The position numbers and the translations under genes are program-made. The notes under the pieces are model-generated. The model did not search any database. It was given only the letters and a program-made list of their open reading frames with translations, and was not told where the DNA came from. Below, in pieces: positions 22,282 through 31,386 of a stretch of DNA of 64,000 nt. Location of the stretch: assembly GCA_963842525.1 (NCBI GenBank), contig CAWJGT010000001.1:256001-320000 (forward strand), read 5' to 3'. The stretch comes from an uncultured Holophagales bacterium (GTDB lineage: Bacteria; Acidobacteriota; Thermoanaerobaculia; Multivoradales; UBA5704). Each line of letters begins with the position of its first letter. The stretch's first letter is position 1.

Positions 22282-22488
22282 TCAGCGAACCCGATGACTA
22301 CGGATCTCGTTGACGATGTCATCCAGGGACATCCCCGCGAAGAGCTCGCGCCGCTCCTCGGTGTAGTCGCCCCGCCCCAGGGTGAACTGGTTGATGAACC
22401 GGACGGTGTTGGCGATGCCGATTTCGCGGAACAGAACAGCCACCGCATCGTGGGTGATTTCGTGCAGAGATTTCGTTTGTACAGTCAT
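22282..22488 (-). CDS. Small protein, probable antitoxin partner of the PIN gene
   Basis: 68 aa LFREIGIANTVRFINQF...GDYTEER, overlapping the PIN-fragment stop. Confidence 0.65.
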   Translation of the reverse strand: MTVQTKSLHEITHDAVAVLFREIGIANTVRFINQFTLGRGDYTEERRELFAGMSLDDIVNEIRSHRVR

Positions 22489-22700
22489 CTGTCGATCTCC
22501 TCGATCAGCTCAAGCGGGGAAACCACGTGCAAAGTGAGGTCGGTCAGAGCTTTCGCACGACGAAGGAGTTTGTCATCGCAGGTGCAAAAGTAGTCCGCCC
22601 GGGCCTCGAGGGCTGAAGAGAGATGCAGAGCATCGAGCGGCGGAATACATGCCTCCTCCAGGATCTTCGCGCCCCTGACGACTTCATCTGTCATCCGCAT
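22485..22700 (-). pseudogene. PIN-domain toxin, C-terminal half only
   Basis: LDALHLSSA...DYFCTCDDKLL present; the N-terminal DT/DxN acidic motif is missing. Confidence 0.6.
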
Positions 22701-22768
22701 GGCTCGCTTCCTTACCGATCCTACTCGATTCTGTCCCTTCAGCCCGCCGCTGTAAGCTCGACCGTCCT

Positions 22769-23815
22769 ATGTCCTCGCCCGCCGACCGTCTCCGCGACCG
22801 TCTCCGCGCCTCCGGGCCGATCCCTTTCGCCACCTTCATGGAAGAGGCCCTCTATGGCGAGGGAGGTTACTACCGCCGCGAGGATCTGCCGATCGGCGAG
22901 GCTGGGGACTTCGTCACCGGCTCGTCGTTCTCCCCTCTGTTCGGCCGGGCGACCGCGCGCCTGCTCAGCCGTCTGGACACCGACCTGGGCCGGCCGGCCG
23001 GGTTCCTCGAGGCCGGATACGGCACCGGGATCCACCTGGGGAACGTGGTCACAACCTTATTAGATAGGGGAGCCGCGGACCGGAGGGTCCTTGCCTGGGA
23101 CCGGGTGGCCCGGACGGTGCCGGCCGGGGTGGAGCGGATCGGGTCGCTGGCGGAGATCGGGGACGGGGAGATCGACGGGCTGATCTTCTCCTACGAGCTG
23201 CTCGACGCCCTGCCGGTCCACCGGCTCGTCGGCCGGGCGGACGGATCGGTAGGGGAGCTCTGGGTCGCGCTGGACGACGCAGGAAGCTTCGCCTGGCAGG
23301 AGGAGGAGCTGTCCGATCCGGAGCTCCTCGGCCTGCTGCGCGATCCGCGCGATCCGGATATCGAGCTCCGTCCGGGCCAGGTGGCGGACCTGTCGCCGGA
23401 CTGGGGTCCGCTTTACGGCGAGCTGGCCCGCAAGCTGGGCCGGGGCCTGATCGTCACCTGCGACTACGGCTACGAGCGGACGCAGCTCCTCGATCCGCGC
23501 GTCCGCCAGCACGGCACCCTCGCCTGCTACTCCCGGCACCGGCTTCACCGCAACCCCTTCGTCCTGGTGGGAGAGCAGGACCTCACGGCCCACGTCGACC
23601 TCACGACCCTGATCCGCGCCGGCGAGGCGGCCGGGCTCACCACGATCAGCCTCACCCGCCAGGCCCTCTGGCTCGCCACCTGCGGCCTTTTCGAAGACCT
23701 CCAGGGTGCCGACCCCGAGACCCGCCAGGCCGCCATGGCCCTCCTCGACGGCGAGGGGATGGGAGAGGAGATCCGCGTGCTCGTGCAGGCGCGGGAGATT
23801 AAAATCTCCCTATGA
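22769..23815 (+). CDS. MidA/NDUFAF7-family SAM-dependent methyltransferase
   Basis: GPIPFATFMEEALY..GYY, GDFVT, ELLDALPVH, DYG, GTL, GEQDLTAHVD motifs. Confidence 0.88.
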   Translation: MSSPADRLRDRLRASGPIPFATFMEEALYGEGGYYRREDLPIGEAGDFVTGSSFSPLFGRATARLLSRLDTDLGRPAGFLEAGYGTGIHLGNVVTTLLDRGAADRRVLAWDRVARTVPAGVERIGSLAEIGDGEIDGLIFSYELLDALPVHRLVGRADGSVGELWVALDDAGSFAWQEEELSDPELLGLLRDPRDPDIELRPGQVADLSPDWGPLYGELARKLGRGLIVTCDYGYERTQLLDPRVRQHGTLACYSRHRLHRNPFVLVGEQDLTAHVDLTTLIRAGEAAGLTTISLTRQALWLATCGLFEDLQGADPETRQAAMALLDGEGMGEEIRVLVQAREIKISL

Positions 23816-24063
23816 AAATCGAAGTCACCACTCCAAGCGGGCACCTCATCAGCATCTCCTCCAGCAAGATCACCGGCCAGGAGGTCGTCACCTACGACGG
23901 CCAGACCGTATCGGAGAAGAGATCCCTGCTCTATGTGTCGCCCCATTCCTTCTGGGCCACGGAAGAGGGGGAGGAGGTCATCTACGAGGTCAACATCCTC
24001 GCCGGCTGGTTCGAGCACGGCTACATCGTCCGCCGCAACGGGCTCCCGATCGCCCACTCCTGA
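23812..24063 (+). CDS. Small hypothetical protein
   Basis: 83 aa, start overlaps the upstream stop, good codon bias. Confidence 0.65.
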   Translation: MKIEVTTPSGHLISISSSKITGQEVVTYDGQTVSEKRSLLYVSPHSFWATEEGEEVIYEVNILAGWFEHGYIVRRNGLPIAHS

Positions 24064-24095
24064 GATCGAAGGCCGGACACCATCGTGCGCTCTAT

Positions 24096-24480
24096 CTGGA
24101 TCGATCCAGCGTCATCCGATAGGCATTCAGAGTCACCTGGATCGATCCAGCGTCATCCGGCAAGCCTGCCGAGTCGCCGATAGGCGTTCAGGGTCGCCCT
24201 GGATCGATATCGGGCACCTCGGATCGATCCAGAAGACTCTGCACCGATCCAGGGTCACTTGATACGCGTACAGGTCCGCCTGGATCGATCGCGAGCCACC
24301 TCGGATGCGTCCCGAGTGCTCTGGATCGATCCAGCCTCACTGATAAGCGTTCCAGGTCGCCTGGATCGATCGCGGCTCACCTCGGATGCATCCAGAGAGC
24401 TCTGGATCGATCCAGCGTCATCCGATAGGCATCCAGGTCACCTGATACGCGTACAGGTTGCTCTGGATTGATCGCAGGTC
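24096..24480. repeat. Degenerate tandem array, ~20-21 bp period, with palindromic CTGGATCGATCCAG cores
   Basis: Perfect cores at 24096, 24137, 24321, 24402; variants at 24199, 24219, 24239, 24280, 24301, 24340, 24361, 24382, 24422, 24442, 24463. Confidence 0.8.
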
Positions 24481-24541
24481 ACCTCGAGCAGAGCCGGCGG
24501 ACGCCGAGCGCACCGGACGCAGCACCCAAACGACAGGGCGC

Positions 24542-24604
24542 GGTAGAGACGCCCCCAGTCCGTGACCACGAACCTGCCGGGTGTACACAGTCGGGGCGTC
24601 TACC
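24542..24604 (+). repeat. REP-like GTAG element, copy 1
   Basis: GGTAGAGACGCCCC...GGGGCGTCTACC terminal inverted repeats; near-identical to 25480-25541. Confidence 0.8.
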
Positions 24605-24642
24605 GAATGGCGCCCTCCGGGCTCGCAAAAAGGCGGTCGAAT

Positions 24643-24760
24643 GAGCCCGTAGGGCGGAACTGGGTAGCCCAGGGTGTGAACCCTGGGCGAGCGGGGGCCG
24701 GAGTCCTCACCCCCTGTCCCCCTCTCCCATCTCCCTTCCACCCCCCGCCGGGAGAGGGGG
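24643..24760. repeat. Two further REP-like palindromes
   Basis: GCCCAGGGT gtga ACCCTGGGC (~24666-24688) and CCCCCTCTCCC...GGGAGAGGGGG (~24718-24760). Confidence 0.6.
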
Positions 24761-24774
24761 AACGCATCCGGAGA

Positions 24775-25182
24775 TCAAAGAGCCGACGGGGTGACCCACT
24801 GTATGCCGCGAATTCCCTCGAAATGCCCGTCGGCGCTTACGATTGTCTCGATCTTTTGGTTCAGCATGGTGGCTACGTGGATTGCGTCTCGAGTCGGAAG
24901 CGCAGGGTATTGTTCAAGAAGGTCGCACGCGGTCAGCATGTCGGCCCTGGTAACCGGAAGGAGATCCGGAAAGAGGAGGATCGTGCGGCGCGCCAGCTCG
25001 CGGCCGGCACTGGCCATCCCTCGCCGGTTCAGCACGAACAGGATTTCCTGGACGACTTCGGAATTGGTCGTCGCAGCGAGATCGCCATGTGCGACCCGTT
25101 CGAGGATCTGCTGACTGGGTCTCCGGAAGGGGTGATCCGCCCCGGAGGCGTAGAGAAACACGTTGGTGTCAAGGAAGACCAT
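24775..25182 (-). CDS. vapC: VapC PIN-domain toxin
   Basis: MVFLDTNVFLYA, SEVVQEIL, RDAIHVATM, SADGHF. Confidence 0.9.
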   Translation of the reverse strand: MVFLDTNVFLYASGADHPFRRPSQQILERVAHGDLAATTNSEVVQEILFVLNRRGMASAGRELARRTILLFPDLLPVTRADMLTACDLLEQYPALPTRDAIHVATMLNQKIETIVSADGHFEGIRGIQWVTPSAL

Positions 25183-25417
25183 TGCTGTGGGCCTCTGCGA
25201 TCTCCTCGTCCAAAGAGTCCCAGTCGCTGAACGGAAGCTCCATGGCGCAGATCTCTTCCATAGCCCGGATCCGATCTTGCTGCTGACTGAGGTATCTCTC
25301 CCGCACGGCAGTCCGCACCAGCTCTGCAACCGAGGTACCCTGCCGCCGCGCAACGGCCTCCAACTGCTGGTACTCTTCAGGCTCCATCAAGATTTGGGCA
25401 CGCCGGGTATGAGCCAT
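25169..25417 (-). CDS. vapB: RHH/CopG-type antitoxin
   Basis: RRAQILMEPEEYQQLEAVARRQGTSVAELVRTAV; GAGAGGAGG RBS; overlaps vapC. Confidence 0.85.
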   Translation of the reverse strand: MAHTRRAQILMEPEEYQQLEAVARRQGTSVAELVRTAVRERYLSQQQDRIRAMEEICAMELPFSDWDSLDEEIAEAHSNGLP

Positions 25418-25479
25418 GGATGACCTCCTCTCATACTCATCCTCATCAGTATACCTCGGTGCACCGACACGCAGGATGG

Positions 25480-25541
25480 GGTAGAGACGCCCCCAGTCCG
25501 TGACCACGAACCTGCCGGGTGTACACAGTCGGGGCGTCTCT
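25480..25541 (+). repeat. REP-like GTAG element, copy 2
   Basis: Direct repeat of 24542-24604. Confidence 0.8.
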
Positions 25542-25700
25542 CAAGGCCGCGCCGGCGAAAGGGGCTCGCTCTTGTGCAGGAAACCACCGCCCGGGACCTC
25601 TGTGCGTCGCCGGGGCGACCACCCGCCAGCCATTCGCGCACGGGAGGGCCCATCTCGGCGTCCATGGCGTGTTGCCTGCGTTGGTGGTATCTGGGGCCGT

Positions 25701-25760
25701 GAGACGCCCCGACGGTTTGCACCCGGTCGTTTGGTGGTCACGGACTGGGGCGTCTCTACC
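25701..25760 (-). repeat. REP-like GTAG element, copy 3 (inverted, diverged core)
   Basis: Reverse complement reads GGTAGAGACGCCCCAGTCCGTGACCAC...CCGGGTG...GTCGGGGCGTCTC. Confidence 0.78.
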
Positions 25761-25786
25761 CGAGTTCCGGACGGAGCCCCCTTTCC

Positions 25787-25814
25787 TTGACACCCCACCC
25801 GCCTTGGGTAGAAT
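25787..25814 (+). promoter_or_regulatory. Sigma70-type promoter of the nuo operon
   Basis: TTGACA-N16-TAGAAT, 57 nt upstream of nuoA. Confidence 0.65.
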
Positions 25815-25871
25815 ACGCCCGGTTCAAAGAGAGGGGGTCCAGGCAGCACCTCACGGAGGTCCAGGCGCTTT

Positions 25872-26228
25872 ATGGAGAGCTACCTTCCGATTCTCGTGTT
25901 CACCGTGGTCGCCATCCTGTTTCTGGCGGCGACGCTGATTGCTGCGCGCCTGCTGCGGCATGCCGCCGGGGCGACGACCAACCTCGACCCGTACGAGTGC
26001 GGCAACGAGCCCGAGACCTTCGCGCACGACCACCGCTTCTCGGTCCGCTACTACCTGATCGCGGTGCTTTTCGTCATCTTCGACGTCGAGACCATCTTCC
26101 TGTTCCCCTGGGCGGTCCTGTTCGATCGGCTCGCGCTCTTCGGGTTCATCGAGATGATGGTCTTCCTGGTCATCCTCGTCGTCGGCTACGTCTACATCTG
26201 GAACCGGGGGGCTCTGCGTTGGGCATGA
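25872..26228 (+). CDS. nuoA: NADH-quinone oxidoreductase subunit A
   Basis: [23 protein letters not shown]...PWA. Confidence 0.95.
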   Translation: MESYLPILVFTVVAILFLAATLIAARLLRHAAGATTNLDPYECGNEPETFAHDHRFSVRYYLIAVLFVIFDVETIFLFPWAVLFDRLALFGFIEMMVFLVILVVGYVYIWNRGALRWA

Positions 26229-26731
26229 CCGGCATCGGCTCGAGTGGCTCGGGGGAGGCGAACGTCCTCACCACGACCTACGACAAGATCTTCAACTGGG
26301 CGCGGCGCTCGGCGATCTGGCCGATGCAGTTCGGCCTCGCCTGCTGCGCCATCGAGATGATGGCGGTCCTCGACCCGCGGCACGACATGTCCCGCTTCGG
26401 CGCCGAGGTCTTCCGCGCCACGCCGCGCCAGAGCGACCTCATGATCGTGGCCGGCACGGTCACCGAGAAGATGGCACCTATCGTGCGCCGCCTCTGGGAC
26501 CAGATGCCGGAGCCCAAGTGGGCCCTCGCCATGGGCGCCTGCGCCACCTGCGGCGGCCCCTACCGCACGTATGCCGTCACCCAGGGGGTCGATCGCGTCA
26601 TCCCGGTCGATGTCTATGTGCCGGGCTGCCCGCCCCGTCCCGAGGCCCTGCTCTGGGGGCTCCTCCACCTGCAGCGCAAGATCGACCGCATGACGGTGTC
26701 GAAAAAGAGCACCGCCGAGGCCCGGGCATGA
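26225..26731 (+). CDS. nuoB: NADH-quinone oxidoreductase subunit B
   Basis: [29 protein letters not shown]. Confidence 0.96.
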   Translation: MTGIGSSGSGEANVLTTTYDKIFNWARRSAIWPMQFGLACCAIEMMAVLDPRHDMSRFGAEVFRATPRQSDLMIVAGTVTEKMAPIVRRLWDQMPEPKWALAMGACATCGGPYRTYAVTQGVDRVIPVDVYVPGCPPRPEALLWGLLHLQRKIDRMTVSKKSTAEARA

Positions 26732-27783
26732 GCGACGAGCAGGGCCAGCCTCCAGAAGGAAGTGCTCCTCCGGACACTCCGGAGAAGCCCTCCGAGGTAC
26801 CTGCGGCACCCGCAGCTGAGCCCGCCGCGGCCCGCGAAGCCGCCGAGGCCAAGGCGGATGCCGTTGTGGCCGCCGCCGGGTCGGAGCAGGCCGCCGGCGC
26901 CGTCCAGCAGCCGGCCGACATTGCATCCACTGCGCCGCCGGCCGAGAAGAAGCCCCTGACCGACGAAGAGAAGGCCGCCCTCAAGGCCGCCGCGCTGGAG
27001 AAGGCGAAGGCCGCCGCCGAGGCGAAAAAGGCTGCCGCGGCGGCCGGAGGCGCCGCGCCCGCGGGGGACAAACCCGCACCTGCGGCCAAGCCCAAGCACG
27101 AGGAAGACCCCAACAAGTCGGCCTGGGAGAAGGATCCGGTCGTTCCCGAGTGGCAGGACGCCTCCTCCGATCCGCTGGCCGCGGCGATCAAGGACGAATT
27201 CGGCGAGGCCATCGAGTCGGCGCGCAGCTTCGCGGGCGACCTCGCCTTCCAGGTGCGGCGCGATGCGGTCGCCGAGGTGGCGGCCTCGCTCAAGAACAAG
27301 CACAGGTTCACCTACCTGGTGGACATCTGCGGCGCCGACTACCCGAAGCGCGAGCCGCGCTTCGACGTCGTCTACCACCTCTACAGCTTCGAGGCGAACC
27401 GCCGCGTCCGCCTCAAGGTGGTCACCGACGAGGCGACCCCGGTGCCGACCCTGTGCGGCGTCTGGCGCGCCGCCAACTGGTCCGAGCGCGAGGTCTACGA
27501 CATGTACGGCGTGCGCTTCTCGGGGCACCCGGACATGACCCGCATCCTCCTCTGGGAAGGCTTCAACGGCTACCCGTTGCGCAAGGACTTCCCCGTCGAA
27601 GGAATCGACACCGGCAGCGCCATCTACCCCGAGTACTACGAGCCGTCCGCCGGACCCATCGCGGGCACCGGCACCGGCTGGAAGCCGGCCAAGCCGCCCG
27701 AGCCGCCGACCCAGGCAATCCACCGGCAGGCGCTCAGACGCCGCCGGCCGGCGAGAAGACCGCTGCGAGCTAGACGATCATGA
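26728..27783 (+). CDS. nuoC: NADH-quinone oxidoreductase subunit C with long Ala/Pro/Lys N-terminal extension; possible frameshift near 27715 (true stop may be 27773)
   Basis: [38 protein letters not shown]. Confidence 0.92.
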   Translation: MSDEQGQPPEGSAPPDTPEKPSEVPAAPAAEPAAAREAAEAKADAVVAAAGSEQAAGAVQQPADIASTAPPAEKKPLTDEEKAALKAAALEKAKAAAEAKKAAAAAGGAAPAGDKPAPAAKPKHEEDPNKSAWEKDPVVPEWQDASSDPLAAAIKDEFGEAIESARSFAGDLAFQVRRDAVAEVAASLKNKHRFTYLVDICGADYPKREPRFDVVYHLYSFEANRRVRLKVVTDEATPVPTLCGVWRAANWSEREVYDMYGVRFSGHPDMTRILLWEGFNGYPLRKDFPVEGIDTGSAIYPEYYEPSAGPIAGTGTGWKPAKPPEPPTQAIHRQALRRRRPARRPLRARRS

Positions 27784-28925
27784 CCCAGCCGCTCAGCCTG
27801 CCGCCGGACGACCACGACAGCCTCTTCGCCAGGGGCGAGGAGATGGAGCTCGACTTCGGGCCCCAGCACCCGTCGACCCATGGCGTGCTCCGGCTCAAGC
27901 TCAGGGTCGACGGCGAGCGGATCATCGACTGCTATCCGATCATCGGCTATCTCCACCGCGGCACCGAGAAGCTCTTCGAGCTCCACCCCTTCTTTCAGAA
28001 CGTCCCCCACACGGACCGCATGGACTACGTGGCCGCGGCGACCAACAACCTCGCCTATGTGGGAGCGGTGGAGAAGCTGGTCGGCCTGGTGGTGCCGCCG
28101 CGGGCGCGCTACATCCGCACCATCCTCGCCGAGCTGCAGCGGATCTCGTCGCACCTGCTCTGGCTCGCCACGCACGCGATCGACATCGGCGCCATGACGC
28201 CGTTTTTCTACACCTTCCGCGAGCGCGAGCTGATCCTCGACCTTTTTGAACAATATTGCGGCGCGCGGCTGACCCTGAACTGCATGCGGCCGGGCGGCCA
28301 GCCGCACGACCTGCCGGTGGGCTGGGCCGACCGCTGCCGCGAGTTCGTCGAGCTGTTTCCGCCGAAGATCGACGAGTACGAAGGGCTCCTGACCAATAAC
28401 CGCATCTGGAAGAAGCGGACGGTGGGGGTCGGCGTGCTCCCTCCCGACGTGGCCATCGACTACGGCGTCACCGGCCCCATGCTGCGCGGCAGCGGCATCC
28501 GGTGGGACCTGCGCAAGGCCATGCCTTACGAGGCCTATCCGGAGGTCGAGTTCGAGGTGCCGATCGGCACCAACGGCGACACCTACGACCGCTACCTCGT
28601 GCGCATGGAGGAGATGCGGCAGGCGAACCGCATCGTCGGCCAGTGCCTGGACAAGCTCCCTGACGGGCCCATCATGGCCAAGCGGCCCCGGGTCCTGAAG
28701 GCGGGCAAGGACGCCGAGGTCTACCACGGCATCGAGAGCCCGAAGGGGGAGATCGGCTTCTACATCGTCGGCGACGGCACGCCCAACCCGTACCGCTGCC
28801 ACGTCCGGCCGCCGTCGTTCATCAACCTGCAGTCGCTGCCCGAGCTGTGCAAGGGGTACCTGCTGGCCGACCTCGTGGCGCTGATCGGCACGACCGACAT
28901 CGTGCTCGGGGAGGTGGACCGCTGA
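27780..28925 (+). CDS. nuoD: NADH-quinone oxidoreductase subunit D
   Basis: GPQHPSTHGVLRL, GYLHRGTEK, DRMDY, ESPKGE, DIVLGEVDR. Confidence 0.96.
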   Translation: MTQPLSLPPDDHDSLFARGEEMELDFGPQHPSTHGVLRLKLRVDGERIIDCYPIIGYLHRGTEKLFELHPFFQNVPHTDRMDYVAAATNNLAYVGAVEKLVGLVVPPRARYIRTILAELQRISSHLLWLATHAIDIGAMTPFFYTFRERELILDLFEQYCGARLTLNCMRPGGQPHDLPVGWADRCREFVELFPPKIDEYEGLLTNNRIWKKRTVGVGVLPPDVAIDYGVTGPMLRGSGIRWDLRKAMPYEAYPEVEFEVPIGTNGDTYDRYLVRMEEMRQANRIVGQCLDKLPDGPIMAKRPRVLKAGKDAEVYHGIESPKGEIGFYIVGDGTPNPYRCHVRPPSFINLQSLPELCKGYLLADLVALIGTTDIVLGEVDR

Positions 28926-29986
28926 TGTTCGACTCGATCCGCGAGGCCGTCGGCGATACGCTCTTCTACTACGCAGTCTCGCCGCTGCTGAAGATCGTCG
29001 TCCTCCTCTTCCTGGGCATCCTGCCGCTCATCACCTACCTGGTGCTGGCCGAGCGCAAGATCCTCGGCTACATGCAGGCCCGGTTGGGGCCGAACCGGGT
29101 GGGGCCGTGGGGAATCCTGCAGCCCATCGCCGACGTGATGAAGCTGCTGGTCAAGGAGGACACGATCCCCCGCCAGGCGGTCAAGTGGGCGTTCATCCTC
29201 GCCCCCTGCCTGGTGGTCGGGCCGGCCTTCATCATCTTCTCGGTCATCCCCATGGGGCCGAAGGGACAGGCCGGCGGGCTCTCGTGGTTCATCACCGACG
29301 TCAACACCGGCCTGCTGTTCGTGATCGCCATGGCCACGATCGGCGTCTACGGCCTGATCATCGGCGGCTGGTCGTCGAACAACAAGTTCTCGCTGATGGG
29401 CGGCCTGCGCTCGGCGGCGCAGATGATCTCCTACGAGGTGCCGCAGGGCCTGTCCCTGGTCGGCCCGCTGCTCCTCGCCGGCACCATGTCGCTGGTGGGG
29501 ATCGTCGAAGCGCAGCGGGAGGCAGGCGTCTGGTACATCGTGCCGCAGTTCGCCGCCTTCTTCATCTACCTGGTGGCCGGCGTGGCCGAGTCGAACCGCA
29601 ACCCGTTCAACCTCCCCGAGGCCGAGTCGGAGCTGGTGGCAGGCTTCCACACCGAGTACAGCGGCATGCGCTTCGCCCTCTTCTTCCTGGGCGAATACGC
29701 CAACATGATCGTGATCTCGGCGGTGGCGACCACGCTGTTCCTGGGCGGCTGGCTGCGGCCGTTCCCGAACGTCGAAGCCCTGGCGTTCCTCGACGTGGTC
29801 CCCGGGGTGATCTGGTTTTCTCTCAAGGTCTTCTTCTTCCTCTTCGTCTACATCTGGTTCCGCGGCACCTTCCCGCGCTACCGCTTCGATCAACTGATGG
29901 ACCTGGGATGGAAGTGGATGATCCCGCTGTCCCTGCTCAACGTGGCGGTCACCGCCCTGGTGAAGCTGCTGCTGTTGCCGGACTGA
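28925..29986 (+). CDS. nuoH: NADH-quinone oxidoreductase subunit H
   Basis: ERK..GYMQARLGPNRVG, RSAAQMISYE, PEAESELVAGFHTEYSG. Confidence 0.96.
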   Translation: MFDSIREAVGDTLFYYAVSPLLKIVVLLFLGILPLITYLVLAERKILGYMQARLGPNRVGPWGILQPIADVMKLLVKEDTIPRQAVKWAFILAPCLVVGPAFIIFSVIPMGPKGQAGGLSWFITDVNTGLLFVIAMATIGVYGLIIGGWSSNNKFSLMGGLRSAAQMISYEVPQGLSLVGPLLLAGTMSLVGIVEAQREAGVWYIVPQFAAFFIYLVAGVAESNRNPFNLPEAESELVAGFHTEYSGMRFALFFLGEYANMIVISAVATTLFLGGWLRPFPNVEALAFLDVVPGVIWFSLKVFFFLFVYIWFRGTFPRYRFDQLMDLGWKWMIPLSLLNVAVTALVKLLLLPD

Positions 29987-30000
29987 GCGCGGAGGTTCGT

Positions 30001-30480
30001 ATGAGCGCGATGAAACGGTTTTTCGACAGGGTCATGCTGCTCGACCTGTTCGCAGGCCTCGGGATCACCTTCAAGAACATGTTCAAGAAGAAGGTGACGG
30101 TGCAATACCCAGAGGAGCGCTGGGAGCCGGCGGACCGCTTCCGCGGCATGTTCCGCCTCGACGAGGACCGCTGCATCAAGTGCACCATCTGCGCCAAGGA
30201 CTGCCCGATCGACATCATCTACATCGACTGGCACCAGGAAGTGAACCCGGAGACGAACAAGAAGGAAAAGGTCCTGGACCGGTTCAACATCGACGTGCAG
30301 CGCTGCATGTTCTGCGGCCTGTGTGAAGAGGGGTGCCCCACCGAGCCGAAGTCGATCTGGATGACCACCAAGAACTACGAGCTCGCCTCCTACGACCGCT
30401 GGACGAACCTGTACGTGGAGATGGATGAGCTCCAGGAATGGAAGGTCCGCCCGGCCTACACGGACGAGGAGGTCGCCTGA
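30001..30480 (+). CDS. nuoI: NADH-quinone oxidoreductase subunit I
   Basis: VTVQYPEE; two CxxCxxCxxxCP motifs. Confidence 0.95.
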   Translation: MSAMKRFFDRVMLLDLFAGLGITFKNMFKKKVTVQYPEERWEPADRFRGMFRLDEDRCIKCTICAKDCPIDIIYIDWHQEVNPETNKKEKVLDRFNIDVQRCMFCGLCEEGCPTEPKSIWMTTKNYELASYDRWTNLYVEMDELQEWKVRPAYTDEEVA

Positions 30481-31029
30481 GTGGACGCGCTCGTCGAGAA
30501 CGGCCCGGACATCCTCTTCTACGTCTTCGCGGCGCTGGCCGTGGTCTCCGCGGTCGGCGTGGTGACGATGCGCAATCCGATGTATGGCGCGATCTGCCTG
30601 CTGGTCACGTTCCTCGCGGTGGCGGTGCTCTTCCTGCTGCGCCACGCCGAGTTCGTGGCCATCGTCCAGATCTTCGTCTACGCCGGCGGCATCATGGTGC
30701 TGTTCTTGTTCGTCATCATGCTGATCAACCTGCACCGCCTGCCGGAGGTCAAGCTCTTCGGCGGTGCCACGCCGGTGGTGGTGGTCCTGGGGGTGATCCT
30801 GCTCGGCCTGTTCGGCTGGTTCTTCGTCCAGGCGCAGTTCGGCCCGGCATTCACCGAGCCGAAGACCTTCGTCACCGTGCTCGATCAGCAGCGTCAGCTT
30901 CAGGAGCTCGGCAACTCGCAGGCCGTGGCCTGGAGCCTGTACACGAAGAATCTCCTGCCGTTCGAGATCGCGTCGATCTTCCTGCTGATCGCGATGATCG
31001 GGGCGGTGGTGCTGGGCCGCAGGCAGTAA
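30481..31029 (+). CDS. nuoJ: NADH-quinone oxidoreductase subunit J
   Basis: AEFVAIVQIFVYAGGIMVLFLFVIML, PFEIAS. Confidence 0.95.
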   Translation: MDALVENGPDILFYVFAALAVVSAVGVVTMRNPMYGAICLLVTFLAVAVLFLLRHAEFVAIVQIFVYAGGIMVLFLFVIMLINLHRLPEVKLFGGATPVVVVLGVILLGLFGWFFVQAQFGPAFTEPKTFVTVLDQQRQLQELGNSQAVAWSLYTKNLLPFEIASIFLLIAMIGAVVLGRRQ

Positions 31030-31073
31030 TTCTTGAAAGCTCCGCGACCGTAAGGTTTCGAGGAGAGGTGCGC

Positions 31074-31379
31074 ATGGAGATCACGACGAACCACTTTCTG
31101 CTGCTGAGCTTCGCGCTCTTCGCCATCGGCCTGGTCGGCATCGTCGCCCGCCGCAACATGATCACGGTGCTGATGTCGATCGAGCTGGTGCTCAACTCGG
31201 TCAACATCAACCTGATCGCCTTCTCCTACCAGTTCTCCGACTTGACGGGGCAGATCTTTGCGATCTTCACCATTACCGTGGCGGCCGGCGAGGCGGCGGT
31301 CGGCCTGGGCATCCTGATCGCCTTCTTCCGCCTGCGCGAGACGACCATCCTCGACCAGGCCATGGACCTCAAGGGGTAA
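31074..31379 (+). CDS. nuoK: NADH-quinone oxidoreductase subunit K
   Basis: RRNMITVLMSIELVLN, AAGEAAVGL. Confidence 0.95.
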   Translation: MEITTNHFLLLSFALFAIGLVGIVARRNMITVLMSIELVLNSVNINLIAFSYQFSDLTGQIFAIFTITVAAGEAAVGLGILIAFFRLRETTILDQAMDLKG

Positions 31380-31386
31380 GCCGCAG

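Noticed and set aside
24096-24480. CRISPR array
   Set aside because: The period is ~20 bp with degenerate units, no unique 30-40 bp spacers and no cas genes.
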